NCBI GenBank assembly: GCA_017499595.2
Contig: CM038998.1
Span: 2,914,001-2,978,000 of the forward strand
Length of the DNA: 64,000 bases
From: Psilocybe cubensis
Taxonomy: Eukaryota
Direction of reading: 5' to 3'
In this document: one piece after another, positions 1-12,032 of the stretch
Numbering within the stretch: the stretch's first letter is position 1
Layout of the letters: each line of letters opens with the position of its first letter
Position numbers and translations under genes: made by a program
Notes under the pieces: generated by a model
What the model was told of the DNA's origin: nothing
The model's database searches: none
What the model saw: only the letters and a program-made list of their open reading frames with translations

Positions 1-1011
1 TTTCAATGTTCCTGCTCTTTTCACTTCCGTTCAAGCCGTCTTGTCATTGTAAGTATTCAAGCTTTCACCATTTGTGCGTCTTTTATACTACAATTCATAG
101 GTACTCGTCAGGGAGAACCACAGGCATCGTCCTAGATTCCGGAGATGGTGTGACGCATGCCGTCCCTGTGTTCGAAGGATTCTCTATGCCTCATGCTATC
201 CGTCGTGTTGATGTGGCTGGAAGGTAAACAACTACTCTTATTAACTTTTTCTAATCTCAAAGTGGCGTAGAGACGTGACCGATTATCTTCAACTCCTTCT
301 TCGGAAATCTGGACACCATCTTCACACAACTGCAGAGCGCGAAGTTGTCAGAACTATCAAAGAGAAATGTTGCTATATTGCCTTAAATCCTGCGAAGGAG
401 GAAAAGGATGCTGCAGGACGTGTCGAAGAGTTCCGATTGCCTGACGGGAACGTTGTCCAAGTACGTTTAATCTCATACGTCATCAACGCTTTAAATCTAA
501 CATGTTGCCTTCGTATCCAGCTTGGTGTTGAACGATTCCGTGCCCCTGAAATTCTTTTTAATCCCGAATTAATTGGTCAGGAATACGCTGGCGTGCACCA
601 AGTCGTCGTTGATTCCATTGTTCGGGTGGATTTGGACCTTCGAAAGAGTTTATTCTCAAATATTGTACTAAGCGGAGGAAGTACGCTTTGTAAAGGTACC
701 TTATACCGTTTAAGTTTCCAATCGGTTTGATATGGCTCATTCATCACTTTAAGGGTTCGGAGACCGATTGCTCAACGAAGTAAAGAAAGTGGCCGTCAAA
801 GATGTTAGGATCAAGATATATGCACCGCCGGAGCGCAAGTACTCCACCTGGATCGGTGGCTCAATCTTAGCTGGCCTAAATACCTTTAAAAAGGTGGGCA
901 AACTGATTTTCTTTCTAGTCATTTTGACTCACCGACTTTTGGTAGATGTGGGTGTCTGCCGAGGAGTATCAAGAGGATCCAGATATTATACACAAGAAGT
1001 CGGGTTTCTGA
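1..1011 (+). CDS. ARP1: Actin-related protein 1 (centractin, dynactin filament subunit), 5'-truncated by the window edge, multi-exon
   Basis: Spliced exons give [53 protein letters not shown]...[63 protein letters not shown] and KYSTWIGGS are Arp1-type rather than conventional actin. Stop TGA at 1009-1011. Confidence 0.9.
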
Positions 1012-1248
1012 TTTGGTAACCTTGGATCTTTGCATTTCATCTTATGATACCCATATACGACTTATTAATCCATATTCCACCATTATCATCATTGAGACGA
1101 GGCCAGCTTATGCAATGAAATTGTTCGACTGAGGACATGCTGCAGAACAGAGACCAAAAAAGGTATGGAGGGGCACATGCATAATATTGGTGAAAGACGA
1201 TATATGCATACAAAGTAAAGCCAGATACTGGAAGGCGGCGGACAACCT

Positions 1249-1919
1249 CTACTTCTTCTTGGGAGCCTCTGAGGCCTTGGATTTTTTGGTGCCGCGGAGC
1301 TGAGGACATATTGTCAGATAACAACATTGAGATAATTAAAATGAACCATTCACCTTCTTAGCGCGGTTCTTGCGTTCCTTCCGTAGCTTACGGGAGGGTT
1401 TGTCAACCTTGGCCTCAAGACCCGACTAATGATTGGTTAGGCAGAATTACCAAAGCATGCAAACGTGCTACGTACTCGCACTAGACGATACTTGGGCTCG
1501 AATTTCTTCTGCGACGCCTCATCGTCGTAAATCAAAGCAAAGCCAGTGCTGCGTCCTCCTCCGAATTGTGTTCGCAGACCAAAGGTAACAACACGGTTCT
1601 TGTCTGTCTTGTACAGAGCGGCGAGTTTCTCAGAGAGTTCGGCTCTTGAGACGTTGGGGCGGGAAGGGTGGAGGATGTCCACGACGAATTGGCGTCTAGC
1701 CAAGAGGCGGTTCGTGATGAACTTTCGCGTGCGGAGAGTGACAGGGGCTGAGTTGTCGGCCTATAGACAAGCAAAAAAAAACAGTTAGCACGGTTCTTTC
1801 GCCGGTTTCCATCCTCCTCGACATGTATCCTGCGTTTCGATCCCGCTCTCCCATCACAACTTCTCCCACCAGTCGATGTTCATAGCACGATCATAGGTTC
1901 ACCATATAAAACTCACCAT
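1249..1919 (-). CDS. RPS24: 40S ribosomal protein S24 (eS24), 4 exons
   Basis: ATG-only first exon (1917-1919) followed by a GTGAGT intron. Then [32 protein letters not shown]...[14 protein letters not shown]...[48 protein letters not shown]. Confidence 0.97.
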
Positions 1920-3337
1920 TTTGATGCCTGCGTCCAGTTCTAGTGCAGCATGTCAACAAACGGCTCTGCGACATAGCGGACGGCCATTCTTACCTTGCTT
2001 GAGGTCGTCGCCTTTGCCGAATAGCACACTATTCTGATAGAGCGCCCCATGGTGGCTTGGTAAAACTGCATAGTAGCTCGGATATCACCGACCGATGCCG
2101 ATTATGTATATGCCATTTTTGTAGTACTTACGGGGTTGTCTGTTATGTCAGCGTAGTAGTCTGGGATGACGACACACCTTGGCACTGTTTATTGCTCAAC
2201 TTACGCTTGTCTGTTGTCTCCGCATTGAGTACCTCGGCGCCTGTTTACCATCTCTATGCTAGATGAGCGCCTCTCAATTCGCTTCTTTTGCTGCATATGT
2301 AAGTTTTCTTGAACTGGCGTCCTCTTCGCCACAGTCCTCCTAGTACTAGCTTTCCGAACATCGACAGACACCACCACCGGATGAACATGAACAGCTCTCG
2401 GTTCCCAGTGGAACAACCAAAGCTTCTAGCTCTTGGCTACATTCTGATCCTCCAGAAAACTCGTATCAGTCGGGTATCATCCCAACTCTGCATTCCGATG
2501 CATTCACTGGATCTACCCTTGTTCCTGCGCGACAATTAATTCAAAGTCAATGGGAAACTCGCTATGGCTGGAGAGTGGATATACTGGCGGCCTGTTCATA
2601 TATCCTTGGTCCCATATCAGGTGGGTTCAATTATTTTTTTTTCATTACCAATGCTTAGTGCAGTGAAGCTCTCCTTCTTCTCATCGTTGAGACGCACAAT
2701 GATTATGTCCGCTTCCACGGTCTGTATATGGTGTTATAGGTGTAGCATTGCTTCACTGCTAAACTTTCATACAGCTTACCAGTCAGCTTTATTGACGACG
2801 CCTCTGTTGACCTTCAGGGTTGTTCTATCCCTGGTCCAGTTTCCCCGATGGTTACAAAGTTTGTGCACTGTGTTTATTTTGTCCCTTCAATGCTATATGA
2901 GGTGAGAGTATCTTTCTTGCCACCGTTAGTCTAACTGAATTATCAAAGTTTACGGGCCTACCGTGACGCATCTGATCATAATTTATCCATATTTTATGTT
3001 CCGTTTGTTGGACATTTGGCAGAAACATGGTTAGCAGAAGAATGATGTGGAGTATTGATATCACATCAAGCGCGAACCGTGAACTGCGAACCGCGAAGGG
3101 CGATCAATGTAGTCAACCCCTACATTTAATCATTGGCAGTCTCATGGATAACCGGATGGCCGGTTTGATGGTGTTTAGTGTAAAAGAAACATTGTGTAAT
3201 GCATGTATTACAAAACAGGCCTAGGCGGTGTAGGATAGTAGGTGGACGTCGATAGTGGATACAAATGTATGCGCGAATGCGAGGCATAATAGATAGGTGT
3301 GATAAACATGTTTCATCAGTTCAGAAATAGCCGGAAT

Positions 3338-4189
3338 CTAGACACATAAACCAGCCACTTCTGCTCCGGATTTGCACACAGCCTCAGAAGCTTGACCAAG
3401 TAGTGCTCGCAGAGATGGACCCAGAGCGTTGACTATGGCATCGGTGAGATCTTCTGTGGCGTCCAAAAGACCATCGACCAGGCACTTAACATCGTAAACA
3501 ACTGAGAAACTTGATGAGATTTCTCTGCGGCCTAAAAGAATAGTTGAATGACTTACTAGGACCAAGAACAGGTCCAATTCCTGGGATGTTGTAAACAACT
3601 GTCGTGGTTGAGCTCAGGACATCTTTGTTGGCGTTTACAACTTTTTTGAGCAGGGTTTCGACATCATTCTGACGATCATAGTTGGCTAGACCTTTGTCCG
3701 AAGCGGCTTCGGCCAGAGCACTTTGGAAGATAGACATGTTATCGCTAAAGCTAGTGAGCCCAGTGACATACTGCTTCTGGAAGTCATAGTCATCTTCGTC
3801 GACGCCAGCAGAAGAGGCGGCCAGATCCCCTGTAACTGGTAAGCATACTGCGAGGTAACCAAGCTAACACCACACTTACTGAGTTCTTCGGCGTTTAAAT
3901 TGGCAGCGTCGTAAGACTGAGTCAGAGCATCTAAATCAAGATTTCGCTTGCTGCTTGTTGCCCCGTGGTCATGAGAGAAGACAGAGAGACCCATGGGCAA
4001 AGATTGCAGTCTGCGGGGCGAAATTGAACTACTGGAGCGATTGACAGATAACAGATTGACGGTATAATCCGCGGCCATCAGAGGAAGAGGCAAAGGTATA
4101 GGCGTTGCAGAAACTGTAATCGCAAGACACAGCAGACTAAAAAGACCAACGGCGTGCAACACTACGCTTGACGATACCCTGGGTGACAT
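3338..4189 (-). CDS. Uncharacterised secreted protein, 3 exons, helical C-terminal domain with Cys
   Basis: Signal-peptide-like N-terminus MSPRVSSSVVLHAVGLFSLLCLAITVSATP and a KR (kexin-like) site. Spliced C-terminal part ANYDRQNDVETLLKKVVNANKDVL...NIPGIGPVLGP/VYDVKCLVDGLLDATEDLTDAIVN...CKSGAEVAGLCV*. GT-AG introns near 3831-3879 and 3504-3556. Confidence 0.75.
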
Positions 4190-4767
4190 AACTGAACGTA
4201 TAAAACTGGCGAAGTTCAACTCGGCGGTTTTCCAAAAGGGCGACTAGCGCTAAATGTTGAACTAAAGAACGGTGAGTCCAAGCGACGGAAAGAGGTGAAA
4301 TGAGCGTGTGTGTTACTGTAAGCAAGGTTTCGGGGCGTTCTTGCTTATAACGGGCATACCATGTTTGTGTCTCTTTGCTCTTAGTTAACCATAACATGTC
4401 GTAACAGGGGCGTGAGAGTATTTATTTATAGATCAACTTGCTATCAACCATGCTACTTATGTTCTTCCATCAGACAAACTCTGGGTGTGTGAAGATCATA
4501 CCGTTCACTCACAAAGATCGAGAGGTGAATAGTGCGGAACATTTTCGGAGAGTTTAAGTGGAGACGAATCGTCAACGTCAATAAAAATAGCCTCCAAAAT
4601 ATCTAAAAAGTAGGTATAGCCATCGTACGGCTTTAGTGTAAAGAACAAAGACAAAAGGTGAAGAGAAGTCCGTAGATTTATATATCGATCTATGTCCGTT
4701 AGACAACTGTAAAGAATTGGATGATATAGGAGTAGATCCAATGTGGTGTCCATGTACTGTATTATAA

Positions 4768-5555
4768 TTAAAGGGGTATGCAAGATTTACCGTCAGCGCC
4801 GATTCGGAATCCACCCGCACAGGTCAAGACTACACTCATAATCAGTCTAACTGTCGGGATAATATGCCTTTTGGTACATACCAACGCAGCTTCCTCGTTC
4901 GCAGCCAACATTCCAAGCACCAGTAATCTTGGTGCAATCTTGTCCCTGTCCGACACTTGTGCATCCACCGCAGGATTCGAGTTCGCTCGAAGTATCGAGG
5001 CATTCATAATCACCGGACAGGCCGGAAATGGGGCATGCGTCAAGATCAGATGGGCAAAGAGATGCTCTAGATTTGACAGAGCGTTTGTGGCCTCCAAAGA
5101 ATTGTCCCGGTCCCTTGCCGTTGTGTTGGCTCTTTCCATTGTTGTAATTGTAATTTGAAGGTTGGCTAGGGGGAGTCACGGGAGGGGTAGGAGTCTTAGA
5201 ACAACGACTCAGTGCAGGGTACCATGTCCAACCCTTAGGGCACTGGGGTGGGGGAGGATTTGAAGGAGGGGGGTTACGAGGAACACAACAGCCTTGCTTT
5301 TCGCCCCAGTAGTAACTAGTGGGTGGGCAGTTGGTATCCTTGGGTGGCGTAGGAGGCTTTGGGGGTCCTCCCTTTTCCAGGCAGCAGTTTTTAGCTCCCC
5401 ACCTTGTGGAAATGCGTTAAACAAAACTGATTTTAGAAGAATCACTATTGCACACACCAAAACTCATTGCTCTTGCAGTTTTTAGGACCAACAGATGTAG
5501 AGACAGCAAGGGGGATCAAAGCGGCGACGACAGTAGCGATATATTTAAGTTGCAT
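4768..5555 (-). CDS. priA: PriA-like secreted Cys/Pro-rich protein (CPL1-like C-terminal domain)
   Basis: Signal peptide [19 protein letters not shown]; Cys/Pro-rich segments ([24 protein letters not shown]); C-terminus [11 protein letters not shown]...[16 protein letters not shown]...[41 protein letters not shown]. This matches the Lentinula PriA/CPL1-like pattern as I recall it. Confidence 0.85.
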
Positions 5556-6649
5556 GGCTGCGGTAGGTCACGTCGATTCGTGAATGTGAGTAGAAATGAA
5601 TGACTCGGACAGAAAGAACGAGAAAGGGCACAGTAAGATGGCCTTAGAACTTGAAGATACGGGGATAAAAAGGGAAGAAAAAGCCTGACAACCGGGGCCA
5701 CAGTTGGACACTTTATACTGCCGGAGAATGAATCGCGATCAGAACAAGATCATGGGAGAACTAAGAGGACAAAAATACGTCAACGAGCAGATCCAAAGAC
5801 AAAGGTATCAAATTCTTGTCCTTCATCGTGCTCAAATACAACACAACTTGGGACGTGAAATAAATTGCATCGAGAGAAGAAGGAGTTGTATTATGAAACA
5901 ACCATAGTGGGTTTACTCCTAGATTCAGTTGGTGAAGCTCAGAGGACTCGAATGGGAGCATTGATTTGACGGACTCGACCATTATCTTCCCACGTGTCCG
6001 CCTAATTGACAGATTTTGGAGCCAAAACCACATGATGCATAGTGATCCGAGGTCGCGAGGGACGGCAAACGAAAATAGATTTGCAAATATCCAGGCCGGT
6101 GCCGATGGTCGCATTTTTCCAGGGCGAATTATATGAGACTACACAAGAATGTTAACTGTGCAAAGAGCCCAACAAATCTCTCTCCAATACCGAGGTATTT
6201 ACATCTATGGGAGCAGGTTGAGTTGCTTATGCATAAGAGCAATTGCTTGCGAGAGTGTTTACCAGTTATGTAGCATATGTAGCCTTGTTCTCGGAAAGGC
6301 TACTCAGGCACGATGACAAAATGAAAACAAGTCATCAACCATCGATAGGAGCTGTTGCTAGCAAACAAGTACGGAGTTGAGAGATTAATTCAGTGGAAAT
6401 TCGCAGGACAACGGTATGATCGAAAAAGTTGCGTTGAATTGCTTTGAAATCTTTGTATTAAAACATCAATCATGTCTGTCGATTATCGAATTGAGATGGT
6501 ATGTAGCGGAGAGTATGGAGAATGAATCAAATATAACGCGGCCTCAACTCCTAACATCAAAACTTGTGCTTCACTTTACACAGAAAGAAGGACGCACTAT
6601 TTCGTAAGTCCTGACATCCTTCTACATAGCTATGCCCACAACATGACAT

Positions 6650-8812
6650 TTAGGAATCGTTGGGGATCGTCTTTTGGAGAGCTCGAGACGCAAAATATCG
6701 AACATCTGCGTCTCCATCGCTCTGCTGGCGTTCTAGTGTTGGCTTAATCCAATCTCGAATGAATACACGGCCTTCAGGAGCATCCGCGAAGGAAACGGCC
6801 ATGACCTCAAGAGCCTTTGCGACATTGAAACGAATGTTTGGTATAGGATCTTTGGACAGCTCCAACAGGGGCCCTATAACATCTGAACGGATGATTTCTA
6901 AATTCAATGACGGGGCAATAGTCTAAGAAGTTATTTGAGCAACGAATTATCACAGATAAAATAAGAAACCAAACCGTGATCGCCTGAACAGTGGTCATTC
7001 TGAACAAATAATTTGGGTGTGAACCCATGCCCATTACTTTGGGCACAATGGAGACTTTTGCCCATTCAACACCGAAAACTTCAGTCAATTTTTTTAGATT
7101 GACGGTTGCAGCTTCACGAATGCTATAGACGGTGTCGCCTAACCATGACATGCACAGATTTCCAAGTTGTTCGTCGAAGAAAGGTTTTCCAAGTTGGTTG
7201 GACAGAAGGGGTATATATTCGATGATTGCTTGGCGCACACGCCATGACTTGTCTTCAGCCAACTCAACGATAGCAGGCAGTAGACTTTCGGAGAGTAATT
7301 CGATGCCAATAACTGTTGATATTGGTAAGGATAAAGCAATGATGCTTTGCGATGATTAAAACGCACCAGTGTTGACTGTTTCCAACTTGCTGATGATGTT
7401 TAATCTGACTTCAGGGAAATCGTCTTTTAGAAGATGGAGGAACAGAGGCAACAAGTGCTCAATTGTAGGTTCTTTGCCTAGCAGAGGAGCCAGGCCACTA
7501 ATCTGGTTTGCAAGCGCTGCTCTAACATGCTGTGAAGTATCTGTTGACAAATCTCTGACACATGGGACAATGCGAGCGAGGATGACTTCTTTATCAAGCA
7601 GTTTCGAGAAACCTAAAAAGAAATCGGTTATTTGATGATAGCATATGTTATGATCTAAAATTACCAGGAATTTGGGTGGCTGCAGCTGAACGAACCTCTG
7701 CTTCATTGTCTTTCAGAAGTTGTACATACTGTCCGATCAGTTCCTCCCGTACAAGTTCTACCCCAAGCGCTTCGGACAACTTGAAAAAAATAAATAAATG
7801 AAAAGAATCAAGCAAAAAAAATTTTCAAACATACCTCGTTAAAGTGAGTCGCTGCCATATAACGCACACGCCAGCCCTTATCCCCAATGGTCTGTTTAAT
7901 CTGACGCAACAATTGCTCCTTGATCTCTGCAGGGGAGAGCCTTTTAGCAATGACAATTAAGTCCTCGACTGTCAACAATCGAACGGAATCCTGTTCATCT
8001 TGCTGAAGCTTGCGGTATATAGGTAGGCCATCAGAAATAATATGTGGTTGCGAGAAATGAGTTAAAAGTGGCTGATTAGGAAGGATTAGTATAGGGTACG
8101 AAAAATAGAAGAAAACAACTAACCCCAAGCCATTTTGCGGCGGCACGTCTAACCATGGGAGTGTCGTCAGAGCCAAGAGACGTGAAACCTTTCCGAAGAT
8201 CATCTTGAATCCCCGGTGATACTTTGGCGTATACTGCAGGGTATAGGGCTGCTGACGAGGTTCGGGACGTGAACCACTCTCCTTGCGATAAGCGCTTAAG
8301 CAATGGGATATAGTATTGTTCGATTTGTTGCTGGGAAAGTACGTTGGCGACTTTGGTGATGGATTCTGCGGCCTATGTTGCGTCATGAAATTGCCCACAA
8401 ATCATAGCCAGCAGAAGAAAGGGAGTACCTTCTCGCGCACGAGCGTCTCCTCAACGGCAGATAGATTTTCCAGAGGACCCAAGATTAGATGGGCATGCTC
8501 CTTTCCACCAATGTACTCCTCAAAGTTCCGACCTAGTTCTTCTGCCAATGCGAGAAGGACTTCGTCCTCATCATCGACTGAATCTTGGAGAAAAGGGATG
8601 AGTTCTTCTCGGGCACGGTCTGCGCCGAGTGCCAGCGCAATGGTCGGAATGCTATGAATGGCATTCAGCCGTAGTTGAACATCCTCAGAACGAAGCTCGT
8701 CCATGAGAATGGCGATCGGCGCTATCTAATAGATCGAGTATAATGTCAGTAAGTTCCACACATATTCATGATAAAGAAGACTAGCATCTTCTAACGGAAA
8801 ACTCCCATCCAT
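6650..8812 (-). CDS. TPD3: Protein phosphatase 2A scaffold (A) subunit, HEAT repeats, multi-exon
   Basis: [80 protein letters not shown] and [10 protein letters not shown] are hallmark PP2A-A HEAT motifs. Confidence 0.96.
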
Positions 8813-11216
8813 GGTTTATGTATAGTAGAAGTTGAAGTGGTATGTCGTCACAGGGCGAGCGATGAACTTTTAAAAAGTTTCAAGTCAAAGGATTAACAGA
8901 TCGCAAAGAGACCAGTGTTATGCTGCGTTTGGCGTTTCACTCGCTCAACACCTGTACTAGGGTGCGTGAGAAATATTTTCTATTCTTAGAACACGCTATA
9001 TGAAGCTCTGCGCGTGAAGCTATTGAATTACGCATCGAACATCCATCCCAATTGTCCTGACTGTATTTTTCAACGAGAAGGTCAAACCCCACGAATACAT
9101 GTATGTTTTTAATATACAATGTTTTTGAATCCAGTAGGTGATACATCAATTGCACAACGACCTAATAAGTGTTGTGTTATGACTTAGAGACCGTACTTGA
9201 ACAAGACTGACAGTTCCACTGGGGTGGGCTGGAAAAATATATCGCACATAACAAAGGGGAAGTTGAGTTTTGCAGTGTATGTGCTATGATCATGCATGGA
9301 CAAGAATATCGTAGCAGTGATTAAAGTACACCAAGGTTGCATACCTTTTCAATGAATATAAGACCCGATTGACTGAAGGTTTTCAGGAATTGGGAAATCG
9401 GCAGCGTAGCAATTACTAATATTTTCTAATCTATGTAAAGAGTGAGGGTGGTAAACCATTGAAGAACAGCTTCGCGATCAGTTGCAGTTAAATATATGAA
9501 GGCTGTAAACAATTCCTGAACGTCGATGAAGTAGGACGCAACTACTTCTACAGGGAAATAGTCTGTTAGCTTCTCAGAGAAACCAAGTCAAATGACACCC
9601 TCTAACCAATCCTAACAGCCTGCAAATGCTTTTGATTGATCTCGAAGATAATGATGTTTCTGGATCCACAAATGGACTCAAATGGGCAGGATTGATCAAG
9701 GCTTGGTGATGTGAGAGTTAGCCAGTTGGCACACCAAAAAATTGTTGAGAAACTCGAAGAGGACCTATTGCATGGAGGCTGGCGCAGGAGATTGGAACGG
9801 AAACCATAGATCAACTTCCGATAATAACAGGAAAGACCTTCGGACGTGGTGATACATCAACATATTTTCAAATTTTGAGTATACCTGTTTTTTAGGGTTT
9901 ATTTCTGAGACACTCCATCAAAATCTAGGTGTAGAATTCTCCGCATTCAAAAGATTGAAGATCTTACAGTGATGTAACATCTTCAGTACTTTAATTAGTT
10001 AAGCACAAGTTGAGCATATTGTGCGGACACCTACGTACCATAGTAACCTGATTTGGAATTATCTAATCTCCCCACAACTACGTCATCGATTGATTTAAAA
10101 GTGTAAGGCTGAGAGCCTTGTCTCAGGACTCATCGATAACCTCAAAACACGTTGAACGCATATAACATAATATCATGCCCACTGAAACTACAGAAAGGGG
10201 TATAATTCTAAAGCATCCTTCTGTAAGCGTTTCTTTCTTCGTGTATAAATAGAGCGACCTGTTTAAAGTGGTGACGTGCGTCGTTATCCTTCCTCCAGGG
10301 ATCCATTGCCGAAGTACTCTTTTACGGTTCGACCGTTATTTCGTGGAAAGTACCAAATGCCTCTGGCGAGCTGGAAGAACGCCTTTTTGTCTCGTCCAAA
10401 GCTTCTTTAGATGGTTCAAAACCTGTCAGAGGAGGGATACCGATCGTGTTCCCATGCTTTGGTCAACCAACTCATCCAGACCACTTGAAATTAGCGCAAC
10501 ACGGGTTTGCTCGAAACCAAATGTGGACCTTCGACGGAGCTGTTATGGATAATCAAGCCGGAGTCTGCGTTAAATTCGGTAAGACAAACATTGTTGCAGG
10601 GGTCAAGTGTCTCTCAGCTGACAATCTTTCGACTAGTGCTCGATCCAAGAGGCAATGAGGCGCTTTCTGCTATATACACAACTCCTTTCAAATTGGAATA
10701 TGTTGTAACGCTAGCGGCGCATCAGCTTAGCACTGATCTTCATATTAAAAATCCTTCCGCATCCCACACACTCGAATTCCAGGCCTTGTTGCATAGCTAT
10801 ATCCGGGCCCCAGCTGACGAAGTAACTGTCACACCTTTGAAAGGACTGCAATATTATGATAAAACAGAAACGACGGAAGAAGCCCGAACGACTCCCAAAG
10901 TGGAGAGCAGAGCTGAGGTTGATGTGAAGAAATACACAGACGCTGTGTACGAAAATGCACCAATGAAATATACTGTTTCATGGCCTAGTGGAGGTGTCGA
11001 CATCAAGGCTCAAAACTTTAAGGACGTTGTAATCTGGAATCCTCAAGAGGAGGGACGTAAGATCGGTGACATGGAATCTGATGGATGGTAAGTCACGCAT
11101 AGAATCTTCAAATTATCAAATTGTCACTAAAGAATAAAACCAGGAAAAATTATATCTGTGTAGAACCAGGATATGTCAGAGGTTTTGAGAGGCTGGCTCC
11201 TCAGAAGACTTGGATC

Positions 11217-11389
11217 TGTTAGAGTTCCCTCTAACGTAGACACACACACGTGCCTGTAGTCACATATCACACAGTATTTGTAGACACACCCGTAGCTACG
11301 TAGCCTCAGTTCCTTCTTTGTTAGCACACCCAACACGTTCTGGTCCTTCGTCTCTCTCTCCCGCCTCGTCTCCGGGTCTCCTCCTAACA
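11217..11389 (+). repeat. 5' LTR (173 bp)
   Basis: Starts TGTTAG and ends CTAACA (6-bp terminal inverted repeat). Identical to 17470-17642 on manual comparison. Confidence 0.98.
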
Positions 11390-11391
11390 TC

Positions 11392-11402
11392 AAGAAGGAA
11401 CT
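11392..11402 (+). promoter_or_regulatory. Self-priming-type primer binding site (AAGAAGGAACT)
   Basis: Lies 2 nt after the 5' LTR and does not start with TGG, so it is not a canonical tRNA-CCA complement. It is the exact reverse complement of AGTTCCTTCTT at 11308-11318 inside the LTR. Confidence 0.85.
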
Positions 11403-11465
11403 CTAACACATTCAAAACATCCTCTCTCATCGCCTTTTGGCATTTCAATACCACCGTTTCCCAAA

Positions 11466-11936
11466 CTGCCTGGACTACCTCGTTCCCCTTCGATCCTGCC
11501 CATCCAGCAGGATATCGAAGCCTGTACCGACACTTGTGACCGCTACTCTTGGCAATTATTTTTTTTGCAAAGAGACCTCTTGTTGCACGAAGAAACCCTG
11601 CGTATTGCTTCCAACCAGGGTGCATCTTTTGATACCCTTCGGCGACTTACTGCTGCTGTTATAGACTGTCAACGGTCAATCTCACATACCAGAGACCTTC
11701 TCGCTTCCGCTGAAAGACAGTTGCGTTACCTACACGACCAGGCTGATCGCGTTCGCGACCTACAAGATTGTCTGGCTACTCTGTCTCGCCGCATTGATAA
11801 TCTGGCTTTTACCACCTCTCTTAGCCCTGCTATTTTGTCTGGACTTCACGCCCGCCTTGACGATATTCTCAGCTCTCCTCTCTTCTCCAGGTCCTCTACC
11901 CCAGACAGCTTACCTGACCTTGAACCCTCCGATTAG
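11466..11936 (+). CDS. Putative extra retrotransposon ORF (ORF0), coiled-coil-like, non-AUG start (CTG 11466 proposed)
   Basis: The frame is open from 11388 to the TAG at 11934-11936 and contains no ATG. The CTG is in AAA-CTG context. The product has a Leu-rich heptad pattern (TLRRLTAAVIDCQRSISHTRDLLASAERQLRYLHDQADRVRDLQDCLATLSRRIDNL). Confidence 0.55.
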   Translation: MPGLPRSPSILPIQQDIEACTDTCDRYSWQLFFLQRDLLLHEETLRIASNQGASFDTLRRLTAAVIDCQRSISHTRDLLASAERQLRYLHDQADRVRDLQDCLATLSRRIDNLAFTTSLSPAILSGLHARLDDILSSPLFSRSSTPDSLPDLEPSD

Positions 11937-12032
11937 AAGCGCATATATTCACCCTTTTGGCGCATACACCCACCCTCTCTGTTTTTTTCTCTTTCCTTTT
12001 TTTAATTCGCTTCTCGCTTATCGTTTGCACTC

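Noticed and set aside
1761-1916. Longer first intron of RPS24 as a possible snoRNA host
   Set aside because: No convincing box C/D or H/ACA arrangement seen.
2050-3250. Short ORFs and intron-like signals between RPS24 and the secreted-protein gene
   Set aside because: Could not be spliced into a coherent protein and shows no recognisable motif; possibly a relic or ncRNA, but unsupported.
9300-9900. Short open stretches (e.g. VSQLAHQKIVEKLEEDLLHGGWRRE) in the PP2A-mutarotase intergenic region
   Set aside because: Interrupted by stops, with no start or splice structure and no family resemblance.
11437-11664. Alternative upstream ORF joined to ORF0 by slippage at the T-run near 11559-11566
   Set aside because: Unnecessary, because the ORF0 frame is already open upstream to 11388.
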